From contig JBGVHJ010000019.1 in NCBI GenBank assembly GCA_045122255.1, positions 2,345-66,344 on the forward strand: a DNA stretch of 64,000 nucleotides. The letters are read 5' to 3'. This stretch comes from Eubacteriales bacterium. Its GTDB lineage: Bacteria > Bacillota > Clostridia > Oscillospirales > CAG-272. Below the pieces are notes generated by a model that had not been told where the DNA came from, made no database searches, and saw only the letters and a program-made list of their open reading frames with translations. This document shows positions 8,267-17,992 of the stretch, piece after piece; the first letter of the stretch is position 1, and every line of letters starts with the position of its first letter. The position numbers and the translations under genes were made by a program.

Positions 8267-9334
8267 ATGAGTAAGAAATTAAAAGTTGGACTTATAGGTC
8301 TCGGCGGCATTATGGGATATGCTCATATGCCACGATACAGAGGTGCGGATGACGTTGAGATCGTGGCTATCTGCGACATTCTTCCCGAAAAGATCGAGGC
8401 ATTTCATCGCAACTTCGGTATGCGCGAGGTGCCTTCGTTTACCGATTACAAGGAGCTGCTTGAGGTAGAGGGTCTTGACTACGTAGATATCTGTACCCCT
8501 AACTATCTCCACTCGATAATTGCCGTTGATGCTCTTAATAAGGGAATCAACGTTTTCTGCGAGAAGCCCGACGCGGTTTCGGTAGAGGAAGCTCTCAGAA
8601 TGAAGGAAGCGGCAGAGAAGAGCGGAAAGAAGCTGATGGTTATGAGAAATAACCGTTATCTCAACACTATGCGCTATCTCAAAAAATTCATTGAAGAAGG
8701 CAAGATGGGTGAGATATATTGCGGACGTTGCGGTTGGCAGCGCCGTCGCGGAATCCCCGGCAAGGGCGGCTGGTTTACCACCAAGGCGCAGTCTGGCGGC
8801 GGACCTCTCATCGACCTTGGCGTTCACATGATCGACCTTGCTATCTGGCTTATGGGCAATCCTAAGCCCGTGGCGGTTTCGGGATGCACCTATACAAAGT
8901 TTGCGGACAGCGACATTTCTGACTCTGTAAACTCCTCCTTCGGAGATAAAAAGGCGGGCGGAACCTTTGACGTCGAGGACCTTGCAATGGGCTTTATTAA
9001 ATTTGAAAACGGTGCTTGCCTCCAGATCGAATTCTCTTGGGCATCCAACGTTGAAAAGGAGCAGGGAATTCTTGAGCTTCGCGGTGAAAAGGCGGGAGCT
9101 GAGCTTAAAAACAAGGAGCTCAGAATTTATACCGAGGACAACGGCACTCTCGTTGACCTCTATCCCAAGGTAACCGACGGTAATCCCATTCACGCTGAAA
9201 ACCTCCGTCACTTTGCCGACGTTCTTCTGAACGGCGCAGAGCCCGATTTCACTCCCGAGCAGGGTGTTGATATGATCAAGATACTTACCGCGATGTATAA
9301 ATCTGCCGAAACAGGCATGGAAGTAAGACTTTGA
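8267..9334 (+). CDS. Gfo/Idh/MocA family oxidoreductase
   Basis: N-terminal Rossmann motif [12 protein letters not shown] and an EKP motif (FCEKPDA). GGAGG at 8251-8255 favours the ATG at 8267 over the TTG at 8249. Confidence 0.8.
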   Translation: MSKKLKVGLIGLGGIMGYAHMPRYRGADDVEIVAICDILPEKIEAFHRNFGMREVPSFTDYKELLEVEGLDYVDICTPNYLHSIIAVDALNKGINVFCEKPDAVSVEEALRMKEAAEKSGKKLMVMRNNRYLNTMRYLKKFIEEGKMGEIYCGRCGWQRRRGIPGKGGWFTTKAQSGGGPLIDLGVHMIDLAIWLMGNPKPVAVSGCTYTKFADSDISDSVNSSFGDKKAGGTFDVEDLAMGFIKFENGACLQIEFSWASNVEKEQGILELRGEKAGAELKNKELRIYTEDNGTLVDLYPKVTDGNPIHAENLRHFADVLLNGAEPDFTPEQGVDMIKILTAMYKSAETGMEVRL

Positions 9335-9351
9335 TGAAAGGAAACGAAAAA

Positions 9352-10059
9352 ATGAAGGTTGTAGTTTGGAACGAAAATTATCACGAGAAGATCCATCCCA
9401 TAGTAACAGAATACTATCCCGGAGGAATTCACGAATATATTAAGAGCTTCCTCCAGTGCGATGACGTTGAGGTCACCACGGCAACACTTGACGATCCCGA
9501 GTGCGGACTTACCAACGAGGTGCTTGACGAGACCGACGTTCTTATCTGGTGGGGACACATGAGACACCACATGGTGCCCGATGAGGTTGTAAACCGAGTT
9601 CATCAGCACGTGCTTTCGGGTATGGGAATTATCGTGCTCCATTCGGGACACTATTCCAAGATATTCAAGAAGCTTATGGGTACCACCTGCTCCTTGAAGT
9701 GGAGAGACCGCGAGAGAGAAAGAATATGGTGCATCAAGCCTAACCATCCTATTGCGGCGGGTGTTGACGAGACCTTTGTGCTCGACCCCGAGGAAATGTA
9801 CGGCGAAAGATTTGACATTCCCGAGCCCGAAGAGACCATCTTCCTTGGCTGGTTCAAGGGCGGCGAGGTCTTCAGAAGCGGCTGTACCTGGACGAGAGGA
9901 CACGGAAAGGTATTCTATTTCCAGCCCGGTCACGAGGGAAACACGGCTTATCATAACGAGAACGTTCAGAAGATCCTCCAGAACGCTGTCAGATGGGCAT
10001 GCCCCGTTAAGAAAAATATCGAGATCACCTGCCCTCAGTTTGAGGCGCTTGAAGGTTGA
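9352..10059 (+). CDS. ThuA domain-containing protein
   Basis: [12 protein letters not shown]...VLIWWGH...HSGH pattern, typical of ThuA-like proteins. It is paired with a Gfo/Idh/MocA oxidoreductase, as such proteins commonly are. The start was chosen after AAAGGAAA; ATG 9334 and TTG 9331 are also in frame. Confidence 0.65.
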   Translation: MKVVVWNENYHEKIHPIVTEYYPGGIHEYIKSFLQCDDVEVTTATLDDPECGLTNEVLDETDVLIWWGHMRHHMVPDEVVNRVHQHVLSGMGIIVLHSGHYSKIFKKLMGTTCSLKWRDRERERIWCIKPNHPIAAGVDETFVLDPEEMYGERFDIPEPEETIFLGWFKGGEVFRSGCTWTRGHGKVFYFQPGHEGNTAYHNENVQKILQNAVRWACPVKKNIEITCPQFEALEG

Positions 10060-10074
10060 TTTTAATATGAAAAC

Positions 10075-10102
10075 AAAAAACAGCTCACCGAGCTGTTTTT
10101 TG
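10075..10102 (+). terminator. intrinsic terminator after the ThuA gene
   Basis: ACAGCTC/GAGCTGT stem flanked by an A-run and a T-run. Confidence 0.65.
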
Positions 10103-10253
10103 TTTTGAATGATAGTATTCCGCAACCCTGTCTGTAGGGTGCGGCGGATGTTTTGTGATCTCTGGTAAATAGATATTCATAAGCTTCTTGAAAACCTTTT
10201 GTGTTTAATTTAAATGTGTAGGAGTAGTGTAGCGTAAGGAATTTAGTGTGATT

Positions 10254-10322
10254 TCAATACAACTTATACTTGAGCCTCAAATTATCCGCAATCATCGCGA
10301 TAAATTCGCTATTTGTGGGCTT
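10254..10322 (-). pseudogene. orphan duplicate of the last 22 codons plus stop of spo0A
   Basis: The minus strand reads [22 protein letters not shown], identical at the protein level to the live spo0A end at 10437-10505. Twelve codons differ and all differences are synonymous. No upstream reading frame is attached. Confidence 0.8.
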
Positions 10323-10327
10323 ATCGC

Positions 10328-10436
10328 ATGGGCTCCCCCTGGGGGGAGCTGTCAGTGGAGCTGACTGAGAGGGGTAAGAGGTAATCCGCCCTCTCCGACG
10401 GCTACGCCGCCACCTCTCCCAAAGGGCGAGGCTTTT
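10328..10436. repeat. GC-rich palindromic repeat unit related to the core of copy E
   Basis: GAGCTGTCAGTGGAGCTGACTGAGAGGGG and CCCTCTCCGACGGCTACGCCGCCACCTCTCCC align with the reverse complement of 61877-61998. The unit sits exactly between the live spo0A stop and the orphan spo0A end. Confidence 0.7.
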
Positions 10437-11228
10437 TTAGTAAAGCTTATACTTTAGTCTGAGATTATCGGCAATCATTGCGATGAACTCGCTATTCGTA
10501 GGCTTTCCGCGGTTATTCTGAATGGTGTAGCCGAAATAGGAGTTGAGGGTATCCACGTCGCCTCTGTCCCACGCGACCTCGATCGCGTGGCGGATGGCAC
10601 GCTCCACGCGGCTAGTTGTGGTTTGATATTTCTTCGCAACGGAGGGGTAGAGAACCTTGGTGACGCTGTTGATAATATCGGAATCCTTGACTGTCAGGAG
10701 AATTGCGGTGCGGAGATACTGGTAGCCTTTGATGTGGGCGGGCACGCCGATCTGGTGGATGATGCGCGTGACCTGCGCCTCGATGTCGGGGGTGTTATCG
10801 TGGGGCTCGTTTTTCTCGTCCTTGGCGAGCTCTGCCTTTTGATTGCGATTTTTGAGCATGCTTTCGACGTATTCGATGAGATTTGACTGATTGATCGGCT
10901 TGATGAGGCAGAGCTCGGCGCCTGCCTGAAGCGCTTGTACGAAAATATTCTGATTTGAGATCGGAGAGGTCATGATAATAACGGGCGGCTTGTCGTTGCC
11001 GTAGGAGAGCGACTTGGCGCTTCTGACTACGCTGAGCCCGTCCACCTTGGACATCCAGATATCGATTATCACTACGTCGGGGTGGATTCTGCCGATCTTG
11101 GAAAGGGCATCCTCTCCGTTGACGGCTTCCTCTATGTAACGGCATCCAACTCGCATAAAGCATTCCTTAATAAGCGCGCGTCCCGCCGAATTTTCGTCGG
11201 CAATAAGTATTTTTGTTGTGTATTCCAC
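10437..11228 (-). CDS. spo0A: sporulation master regulator Spo0A
   Basis: N-terminal receiver domain (ILIADENS...[14 protein letters not shown]). C-terminal Spo0A-specific region ([14 protein letters not shown]...[19 protein letters not shown]). Confidence 0.93.
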   Translation of the reverse strand: MEYTTKILIADENSAGRALIKECFMRVGCRYIEEAVNGEDALSKIGRIHPDVVIIDIWMSKVDGLSVVRSAKSLSYGNDKPPVIIMTSPISNQNIFVQALQAGAELCLIKPINQSNLIEYVESMLKNRNQKAELAKDEKNEPHDNTPDIEAQVTRIIHQIGVPAHIKGYQYLRTAILLTVKDSDIINSVTKVLYPSVAKKYQTTTSRVERAIRHAIEVAWDRGDVDTLNSYFGYTIQNNRGKPTNSEFIAMIADNLRLKYKLY

Positions 11229-11397
11229 TTTTCTGTATCCTCCTGAAAGATGTATTTTATTGTTTACGGTTATATTTTACCATAAATTGGAAAATTTTGC
11301 AATAGCATTTCCAGAAATTTCCAATGGTAAAAATTACCAAAAATTTCCATACATAATTGGCTTATTTAACGAATTAAGAGAATATTGAGTTGGATTT

Positions 11398-11404
11398 TGT
11401 CGAA
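11398..11404 (+). promoter_or_regulatory. candidate 0A box (TGTCGAA) upstream of spo0A
   Basis: Exact match to the 7-nt Spo0A-box consensus about 170 nt upstream of the spo0A start. A single short match. Confidence 0.3.
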
Positions 11405-11446
11405 ACGGACGAAAAATAAAAAAGCGGAGGATTCCGCTTTTTCAAA

Positions 11447-12202
11447 TCAGATTATTGGAGTATTTGCGTATTTTGGATGCAGCTTCAGCTTGCCGTCAAG
11501 CATCCAACCCACGCATCTGCCGCTCTCGGTAAAGAGCAGCTCAGCAGCACCCGGGGAGTAGAGAAGAGCCTGCTCCAAAATCTTGCCGTCGACCGTATAG
11601 TCGAGTCCCATGCTCCACATTGAATATTTGAGGAGGCAGTCGATCTCGTGCCTCCATTCGAGAGTGGCGGGACGGAGGAAAAGCGCGTCGGACGGCTGAT
11701 AATAGAGGTCGCAAAGCTCTCTGAAATCGTTAGGACTGTCGCCGAGAGGCATAAAGAGAGGTCCCCATTCTGCGCCTTTTTCGATAGTCTGAAAGCCGTA
11801 TGGAAAATAGAGCTTAGCTGCTCTTTTATCGCCCATGCAAAGAAAGCAGAGGGGAAGAGAGTCGCGCGAAGAAATATCCTCGTGCCAGAATTCAAGCATT
11901 CTGTGTCCCAGCCCACGTCCGCGTATTTCTTCGAGAGTGACGAAATTGCCGAAATTTCCGATAGAGTTTTCGTGCCTGCCCCAGCCGTTCCATAGTCTTG
12001 AATAGGCTTTACCGCCCTCATAAGCGACGTAGTAGGTGTCGATGCACTCTTCTGCGGCCTTGTTTGCCACGCGGTAGCGCATCATATCGGCGTAAGAGAC
12101 ACCGAGGTTCTCGCCCTCAAGCATTTTTGCAAGAGAGGTTTGCGCCTCGGTAGCCACTTCGCCGCAAGTGAATTTATCGATCTTGATTTCATTTATATTC
12201 AT
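11447..12202 (-). CDS. GNAT-like N-acetyltransferase domain protein
   Basis: IRGRGLGHRML resembles GNAT motif A (R/QxxGxG). The terminator hairpin AGCGGA/TCCGCT (11423-11438) lies just downstream. Confidence 0.5.
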   Translation of the reverse strand: MNINEIKIDKFTCGEVATEAQTSLAKMLEGENLGVSYADMMRYRVANKAAEECIDTYYVAYEGGKAYSRLWNGWGRHENSIGNFGNFVTLEEIRGRGLGHRMLEFWHEDISSRDSLPLCFLCMGDKRAAKLYFPYGFQTIEKGAEWGPLFMPLGDSPNDFRELCDLYYQPSDALFLRPATLEWRHEIDCLLKYSMWSMGLDYTVDGKILEQALLYSPGAAELLFTESGRCVGWMLDGKLKLHPKYANTPII

Positions 12203-12214
12203 ATACAGCCACCG

Positions 12215-12949
12215 TCAGCATTTTTTCAGATATTCGATCTCGCTTTGCGAGAGCCTTCTCCATTTTCCTTCGGCAAGATCACCTAATTTCAGCTTGCCGA
12301 TAGCCACTCTTTGAAGGCGAAGGATGCGCACACCGTGAAGCTCACACATACGTCTGATCTGACGGTTTCTGCCTTCGAAAAGCTCGAACTCGGCAACGGT
12401 CGAGCTTTCGTCACCGCAGACGTGACGAACCTTTACCCTCATAGTAAGTCTGCCGTCAAGCTCCACGGGCTCACCGAGGGTAGCGAGGCTTTCGGGTTCA
12501 AATTTACCCTTGAGAGTAACGTGGTATATTTTGGGTATGGAATGACGGGGATGGGTCAGCTTGTTAGCGAGAGCGCCGTCATTGGTAAGCAAGAGCAGAC
12601 CGTCGGAGTCCATATCAAGTCTGCCGACAGGGTAGAGGCGGACGGTTTTGCCGTTATTATCCTTAACGTCGCGACAAAGGTCGGTGACGTTGCGCCTGCC
12701 CTTTTCGTCGCTTGCGGTGCAGACGATTCCGCGAGGCTTATTGAGCATAACGCAGATCTTGTCGTCTGCCGCAGGCTTTATTGCCTTGCCGCGATAGACT
12801 ACCTCGTCGGTATCGGGGTCGATCTTCTCGCCAAGCTCGGCAACGCGACCGTTGACGTATACTCTGCCCAGCTTTATTTCTTCCTCAGCCGCGCGGCGGG
12901 ACATTATGCCGCAATCGGTGAAATATTTTGAAATCCTTATTTTTTCCAT
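12215..12949 (-). CDS. rluB: pseudouridine synthase, RsuA/RluB family (S4 domain + catalytic domain)
   Basis: N-terminal S4 pattern (RISKYFTDCGIMSRRAAEEEIKLGRVYVNG). Catalytic GRLDMDSDGLLLLTNDG motif. Confidence 0.85.
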   Translation of the reverse strand: MEKIRISKYFTDCGIMSRRAAEEEIKLGRVYVNGRVAELGEKIDPDTDEVVYRGKAIKPAADDKICVMLNKPRGIVCTASDEKGRRNVTDLCRDVKDNNGKTVRLYPVGRLDMDSDGLLLLTNDGALANKLTHPRHSIPKIYHVTLKGKFEPESLATLGEPVELDGRLTMRVKVRHVCGDESSTVAEFELFEGRNRQIRRMCELHGVRILRLQRVAIGKLKLGDLAEGKWRRLSQSEIEYLKKC

Positions 12950-12973
12950 ATTGACCTTTTCAGTTATGTAATT

Positions 12974-14215
12974 TCAGTTGAAAATCGAAGCTATCAGCTC
13001 GAAAATATTTTTCTTGGGCTTTATCTCGATGACACCGTATTTCGCTACAAGGGGGACCTCACATAAGATAATACCGTCGGCAGAGAAGAGAAGTCTGCCC
13101 AGCTTTTCGTCTTTGCATATCGGAGCAAATTCAAAATTCCGAAGCTCTACCGTACATTCGATATGTGCGGTGCTTTTCGGAAGGGTAAGCCTCACCTCTT
13201 CACGGTTTGTGACGGCAACGTATTCTCCGTCGCCGCCTATGACCGGCAAAAGCCTTTCATATTCGCCCTTGCGACAAAGAACACGCGATTCGTAATTGGC
13301 AAATCCGTAATCAAAAAGTGCCTTGTGGTCGTTCCAATCGTCGGGGGAGGAAAGGGTGACGCAGATAAGCATAAGTCCGTCTCTTTCAGCCGCGCTGACA
13401 AGGCAACGCCCGCTCTTTTTCGTATATCCGGTTTTGATGCCTATAGCGCCGTCGTAGCTTTTGAGCAGCTTATTGTGGTTTATAAGCAGACGGACGCCTT
13501 CGGTCTCGTTCAACGGAATGGTTTTTTTATAGGTCGAGACTATCTCGGCAAATTTTTCGTTTTTCATCGCCTCGCGCGCAATAATTGCAAGCTCCCGTGC
13601 GGTGGTGTAGTGAGCTTCGTCGTCAAGCCCGTGGGGATTTGTGAAATGCGTGTCTTTGAGACCGAGGGATAGGGCTTTTTGGTTCATAAGATCTGCAAAT
13701 CCCTCAATGCTGCCGCCTATCTCGATAGCGATAGCCGCCGCGGCATCGTTTGCCGATTCGAGGAGCATCGCGTACAGAAGATCCTCTACGGTCAATTTTT
13801 CACCTTCGTAGAGATATACCGACGAGCCCTCGATCCCTACCGCGCCCTGCGGTATTTCGACGGTTTTTGAAACGTCGCAATTTTCAAGTGCCACAAGCGC
13901 TGTCATTATCTTGGTGGTGGATGCCATCGGCATTCTTTTGTCGGGTGATTTTGACGAGAGGACCGCACCGCTTGAAGCATCCATAAGGATCGCCGAGGAG
14001 GCGCTTATCCCGGGCTCGGGTGCACGTGATAAAAAAACGGTGTCGGACACCGTTATCGAGGTATTGTCGCCGTGTTCCGAGGACTTTTTCTTATCAGAGT
14101 GACCGCAAGACACGAAAAACGTCAAAAGCAGTGACAATATCAGAATGAATGCCACTGTTCCAGATAATTTTGCAGATTTAGAAATTAAAAATGACATAAC
14201 TGTTCCTCCGGACAA
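12974..14215 (-). CDS. D-alanyl-D-alanine carboxypeptidase (serine-type PBP5 family)
   Basis: SxxK motif (ASTTKIMT), SAND-like SANDAA, and KTGYT (KTG). The N-terminal signal sequence has an FFVSCG lipobox-like site. The start could be Met7 (14197). Confidence 0.85.
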   Translation of the reverse strand: MSGGTVMSFLISKSAKLSGTVAFILILSLLLTFFVSCGHSDKKKSSEHGDNTSITVSDTVFLSRAPEPGISASSAILMDASSGAVLSSKSPDKRMPMASTTKIMTALVALENCDVSKTVEIPQGAVGIEGSSVYLYEGEKLTVEDLLYAMLLESANDAAAAIAIEIGGSIEGFADLMNQKALSLGLKDTHFTNPHGLDDEAHYTTARELAIIAREAMKNEKFAEIVSTYKKTIPLNETEGVRLLINHNKLLKSYDGAIGIKTGYTKKSGRCLVSAAERDGLMLICVTLSSPDDWNDHKALFDYGFANYESRVLCRKGEYERLLPVIGGDGEYVAVTNREEVRLTLPKSTAHIECTVELRNFEFAPICKDEKLGRLLFSADGIILCEVPLVAKYGVIEIKPKKNIFELIASIFN

Positions 14216-14281
14216 GTAAGGTTTGTACCATTATATTTGTCCGGAGAAGCAATTATTCACTTTTAAGCTAAGAGACAGAGA

Positions 14282-14698
14282 TTATGCCTCTTCCTCGTCG
14301 TCCTTTGCGAAGATCGCCTTGATTCTTGCGATGATCTCGGGAGAGCGGTCGATAAGATCGGAGATCTGCTCGATGGGGTCGGAGGGGATCTTAACGCCTA
14401 TGTTGATAAGCTCAACCGAGCCGTCCTTTGCGATGCAGAGGATACCGATAGGCTGAACCGACATACCGGAGCCGCCGCACGCGCCGAAGTTCTGAGGCTT
14501 GCCGGGCGCGCCGCCTGCCTTGTCGTTGAGATCAACGCCACCGGTAGCAAATCCCATAGAAACCTTGGAGATCGGGATGAGAGTGGTGCCAGACGCGGTC
14601 TCAACGGGAGTACCCATAACCGTGTCTGCATCGATCATACTTCTGATCTGAGAAAGTGTGGACTGTACCACTTCCTGAAGCTTGTTTTCGCCTGCCAT
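14282..14698 (-). CDS. ytfJ: sporulation protein YtfJ (GerW family)
   Basis: Typical YtfJ pattern (DADTVMGTPVETASGTTLIPISKVSMGFATGG). It lies directly downstream of a ytfI-like gene, the same order as in Bacillus. Confidence 0.8.
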   Translation of the reverse strand: MAGENKLQEVVQSTLSQIRSMIDADTVMGTPVETASGTTLIPISKVSMGFATGGVDLNDKAGGAPGKPQNFGACGGSGMSVQPIGILCIAKDGSVELINIGVKIPSDPIEQISDLIDRSPEIIARIKAIFAKDDEEEA

Positions 14699-14777
14699 AA
14701 TTGTAATTTCCTTTCATTCTATATATACGTTGTTATTTATTCAATTCCGTGCTTTAGAGTCGGAAAAAGAGACTTGA

Positions 14778-15662
14778 TCAGTTTGTTTGGCCTTCGGAGG
14801 GCTGCTCCGCACTTGCGGGTAGCTCATCGCTCTGAGAGGACTCCTTTGAGGGCTGTATTTTGGTCCAACCGACGATTCCGGGGATGCCTGCTCTTAAGAG
14901 AACGTAGATCAGCGAGCCGAGGCTCATTGAAAAGGCTAATTTTACGTCGTAGCTGATCTCCTCCGAAAGATAATCGGGGGATATATCGATATCGGCATTT
15001 TTAAGCCCGTGCAGATTGGAGTTTCTGTCGATGAATATCATAAGAGGCTCGAGTGCTATTGAAATAGCCGAGGTGAGAAGAGCGGTCTTAGCCGCGTCAT
15101 CGGAGCCTACCTTGACTCTTATTCTTATTACGTGGAAGTGGAATTTCTTCGCAAAATTTGAGGTGAGAAGCTGAATGACCTCAAGGAAAAGATCGAATAT
15201 GTCGCTAACATGAGGTAGCTTTGAGCGCTGTTCGGCGCGAGCCTCACGCTTTTCTTTGGCGGTCATTTTGTTTTTGAGTGCCTTTTTCTTGCGCTTCTTT
15301 GCCGCCTTTTCGGCTTTCTTCTTGGCATCTGCCTCGGCTTTTTTAGCCGCCTTCTTCGCGGCTATCGCGTCGCGTTTTGCTATCTTTTTGGGAGTGTAGT
15401 CGCGGATATTATATTTTTTCGGCTTCTTTGGCAGAAGCTTGAATTTCATTCCGAGGAAGGAGATCCAAAGAGAGAAGATCTCGTTTATTTCAATTGTCAC
15501 CTTGGCTCTTACAAAAAGCAATACGATAAGCGCAATAATTGCCAACGGTATTGCCAGCAAAATAATGCCTATCGCCGCAATGATCGCAAGCAGGGGGATC
15601 CCGACTAAGATCACGGCAATAACGGTGACTATGATCGAAAATATAGGAACCGTAAATACCAC
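14778..15662 (-). CDS. ytfI: DUF2953/YtfI-like sporulation membrane protein with a Lys/Ala-rich insert
   Basis: N-terminal transmembrane segments. Position immediately upstream of ytfJ. Central KKAAKKAEADAKKKAEKAAKKRKKK low-complexity tract. Confidence 0.55.
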   Translation of the reverse strand: MVFTVPIFSIIVTVIAVILVGIPLLAIIAAIGIILLAIPLAIIALIVLLFVRAKVTIEINEIFSLWISFLGMKFKLLPKKPKKYNIRDYTPKKIAKRDAIAAKKAAKKAEADAKKKAEKAAKKRKKKALKNKMTAKEKREARAEQRSKLPHVSDIFDLFLEVIQLLTSNFAKKFHFHVIRIRVKVGSDDAAKTALLTSAISIALEPLMIFIDRNSNLHGLKNADIDISPDYLSEEISYDVKLAFSMSLGSLIYVLLRAGIPGIVGWTKIQPSKESSQSDELPASAEQPSEGQTN

Positions 15663-15692
15663 TCCTTTCTTTCAAATTTTGTGGGCGGAGGC

Positions 15693-16352
15693 TTATTGCT
15701 CCGCGTCTGCGCTTCCTTCGACCGCCTCGGCTATAGCCGACATACCGGCGGTAAATCCGACCTCCTCTACCGCCATAGCCTCGGGAGTTGTTTCTGCGGT
15801 GGGGGAGAGCTCGGTCTCGGGCAGATCGTCGAGAGAGGAAAGCCCGAAAACGCGCAAAAATTTATCGGTCGTGGTATAAAGCATGGGACGTCCGGGCGCG
15901 TCGAGACGGGAAAGCGACTCGATAAGCCCCTTATCGATAAGCGAGGTCATAGCGTAGGAGGAGTCAACGCCGCGGACGGCGTCAACGTATGCTCTCGTTA
16001 CCGGCTGATTGTAAGCAACCACCGCTAAAGCCTCCATAGTTGAATTGGAAAGGTTGCCTCCGCGCTTGATGCCGAGAGCCTCTCTTATGTAGGGAAGAAA
16101 CTCTTCCTTAGTGGCAAACTGACAGGTGTCGGGGTAGGTGAGAAGCAGGACTCCGCGGGGGGATTTTTCGCTGTTATAGTCGCGGCTCATAGCCTCGACC
16201 ATATTTTTAACGTCCTTTACCGAAAGCCCCAGCACCTCGGAGAGCTTTGAATATTCTACGGGGTGACCTGCGGCATAAAGTATTGCCTCGATAGCGGCGG
16301 TCACCTTTTCGAGAGTGATAGGTTCGGTCTGATTGGTATTTACTTCGCTCAT
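15693..16352 (-). CDS. scpB: segregation and condensation protein B
   Basis: IEAILYAAGHPV...AYNQPVTRAYVDAVRGVDS...GRP pattern. Overlaps scpA by 4 nt. Confidence 0.9.
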   Translation of the reverse strand: MSEVNTNQTEPITLEKVTAAIEAILYAAGHPVEYSKLSEVLGLSVKDVKNMVEAMSRDYNSEKSPRGVLLLTYPDTCQFATKEEFLPYIREALGIKRGGNLSNSTMEALAVVAYNQPVTRAYVDAVRGVDSSYAMTSLIDKGLIESLSRLDAPGRPMLYTTTDKFLRVFGLSSLDDLPETELSPTAETTPEAMAVEEVGFTAGMSAIAEAVEGSADAEQ

Positions 16353-17188
16353 TCGCCGTCTCCTTTGCTTTCGTTATCTAAATTCATTTCTATCTGTTCG
16401 GCTCCACGGTCAAAGTCCGACGAGTAGAGCTCGTTTCCGTTTGCGTCCTTTTCAACGTCGTCGGGATTGTCGTTGATGACGAATTTCGCGTCATCGCCAA
16501 GGAGCGTGCCCTCGGTATCGTATATCAGTATCTTTCTTATTTTAATAAGCTCGAGAACACCGAGGAAGATGGCGATCATATCGGGCAGAGATACCGACTC
16601 GTCAAGCAGCTCCTTTAAGCTGGTCGCCTTTTTCTTCGACATTTTGTTGAGTATTCCCGTGATCTTGACCTCGACGGGAACGATGGGTGAGCTTATCATG
16701 GGGGTAAAGACCGAGCGTTCTGCCTTCGGTCTGTTTTCGTTGAAGGTAACTATCCTTCTTACTGCCAGACAGAGGGATTCGACCTCTTGGTCGAGGACGA
16801 AGGTTTTATCTATGGAAATTTCATCGGTGTCCTTTTCGAGTCGTCCGCTGTATACGGGATAGAGAAGCGACATCTTCTTAGCCGCTTCCTTTGCCTGCTG
16901 GAATTTAAGCAGGGCGTCGGCAAGGGCGGCTCTGGGGTCTTCCTCCTCAGCCTCGGGCTTGGGAAGAAACAGCTTTGATTTTATCAGCATAAGCTCACTT
17001 GCCATAACGATAAATTCGCTTGCAAGCTCCATATCCAAGCTCTGCGCAGCTTCGATGTATTCCATATACTGCTCGCAGATAACGTTGATCTGAATATCGT
17101 CTATCGACATCTTGTTCTTTTGTATCAGCGAGAGAAGCAGGTCAAGAGGCCCCTCAAAAGTCTCAAGACGGTAATTTATTGCGTCCAT
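16349..17188 (-). CDS. scpA: segregation and condensation protein A
   Basis: N-terminal FEGPLDLLLSLIQKNKMSIDDIQI signature. Confidence 0.9.
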   Translation of the reverse strand: MDAINYRLETFEGPLDLLLSLIQKNKMSIDDIQINVICEQYMEYIEAAQSLDMELASEFIVMASELMLIKSKLFLPKPEAEEEDPRAALADALLKFQQAKEAAKKMSLLYPVYSGRLEKDTDEISIDKTFVLDQEVESLCLAVRRIVTFNENRPKAERSVFTPMISSPIVPVEVKITGILNKMSKKKATSLKELLDESVSLPDMIAIFLGVLELIKIRKILIYDTEGTLLGDDAKFVINDNPDDVEKDANGNELYSSDFDRGAEQIEMNLDNESKGDGE

Positions 17189-17209
17189 AAAGGACCTCCT
17201 TTCTGTGTT

Positions 17210-17974
17210 TTATGCTATAAGGTTGATGATAAAGCCGTATATCAGGTATATAATGTTAAGCCCACCGTTTGCGATCAGCAAAAAGAGCTTTTCTGCTATC
17301 CAGGCAAAGGGGGAGGGAAAATCGAAAAATCTTGACCAGACGAGAAGGATAAGAAATACGCCTGCCATAATGTATCTTTCGAATTTCATTATGCCGAAGT
17401 ACCACTTCTCGGGCAGGAAGGTGAAGAAGAAGCGCGAGCCGTCGAAGGGGGGCAGGGGAATAAGATTGAATGCGGCATAGATGAAGTTTATCAGGCTGAA
17501 ATACATCAAAAAGTCGGTAAATATTCCGCTTGTAACCGCGAAATAATATTCCTCGGCTACGTGCGGCGCGTATGCGGGGATGATGCCGTTTACAAGGAAG
17601 AATACGACGGAGAAAACGACCGCGCCCGCACCGCCAAGAAGCAGATTGGATACGGGACCCGCGATAGCCGTCAGCGCCATGCCCCATTTGGGATTTTTGA
17701 AGTTACGTGCGTGGATCGGCACGGGATTAGCCCAACCGAAGCCGAAAACCAGCATCATAATAGTTCCGATAGGATTGAGATGCTTTGCGGGGTTGAGGGT
17801 CACTCGACCGAGATTGTAGGCGGTACGGTCTCCCATTTTGCAGGCGATATAGCCGTGCGCCGCCTCGTGGACTGAGAGAGCGATAAGCACCGTGGGAATG
17901 GTCAGCAATATCTGGATTATCAGCTCGCGCCAGTTGCCGGTGGCGATGCCCTCGGAAATCATAGAAAGTAGCAT
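17210..17974 (-). CDS. site-2 protease family (peptidase M50) membrane protein
   Basis: HEAAHG zinc motif within a transmembrane segment. Multiple hydrophobic helices. Confidence 0.8.
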   Translation of the reverse strand: MLLSMISEGIATGNWRELIIQILLTIPTVLIALSVHEAAHGYIACKMGDRTAYNLGRVTLNPAKHLNPIGTIMMLVFGFGWANPVPIHARNFKNPKWGMALTAIAGPVSNLLLGGAGAVVFSVVFFLVNGIIPAYAPHVAEEYYFAVTSGIFTDFLMYFSLINFIYAAFNLIPLPPFDGSRFFFTFLPEKWYFGIMKFERYIMAGVFLILLVWSRFFDFPSPFAWIAEKLFLLIANGGLNIIYLIYGFIINLIA

Positions 17975-17992
17975 AGGATGCCTCCGTAAGAA

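Noticed and set aside
10120-10144. Isolated hairpin CCGCAACCCT-GTCT-GTAGGGTGCGG downstream of the ThuA terminator
   Set aside because: It is probably just a solitary GTAGGG-type palindromic module of the repeat family. It is too short to analyse separately.
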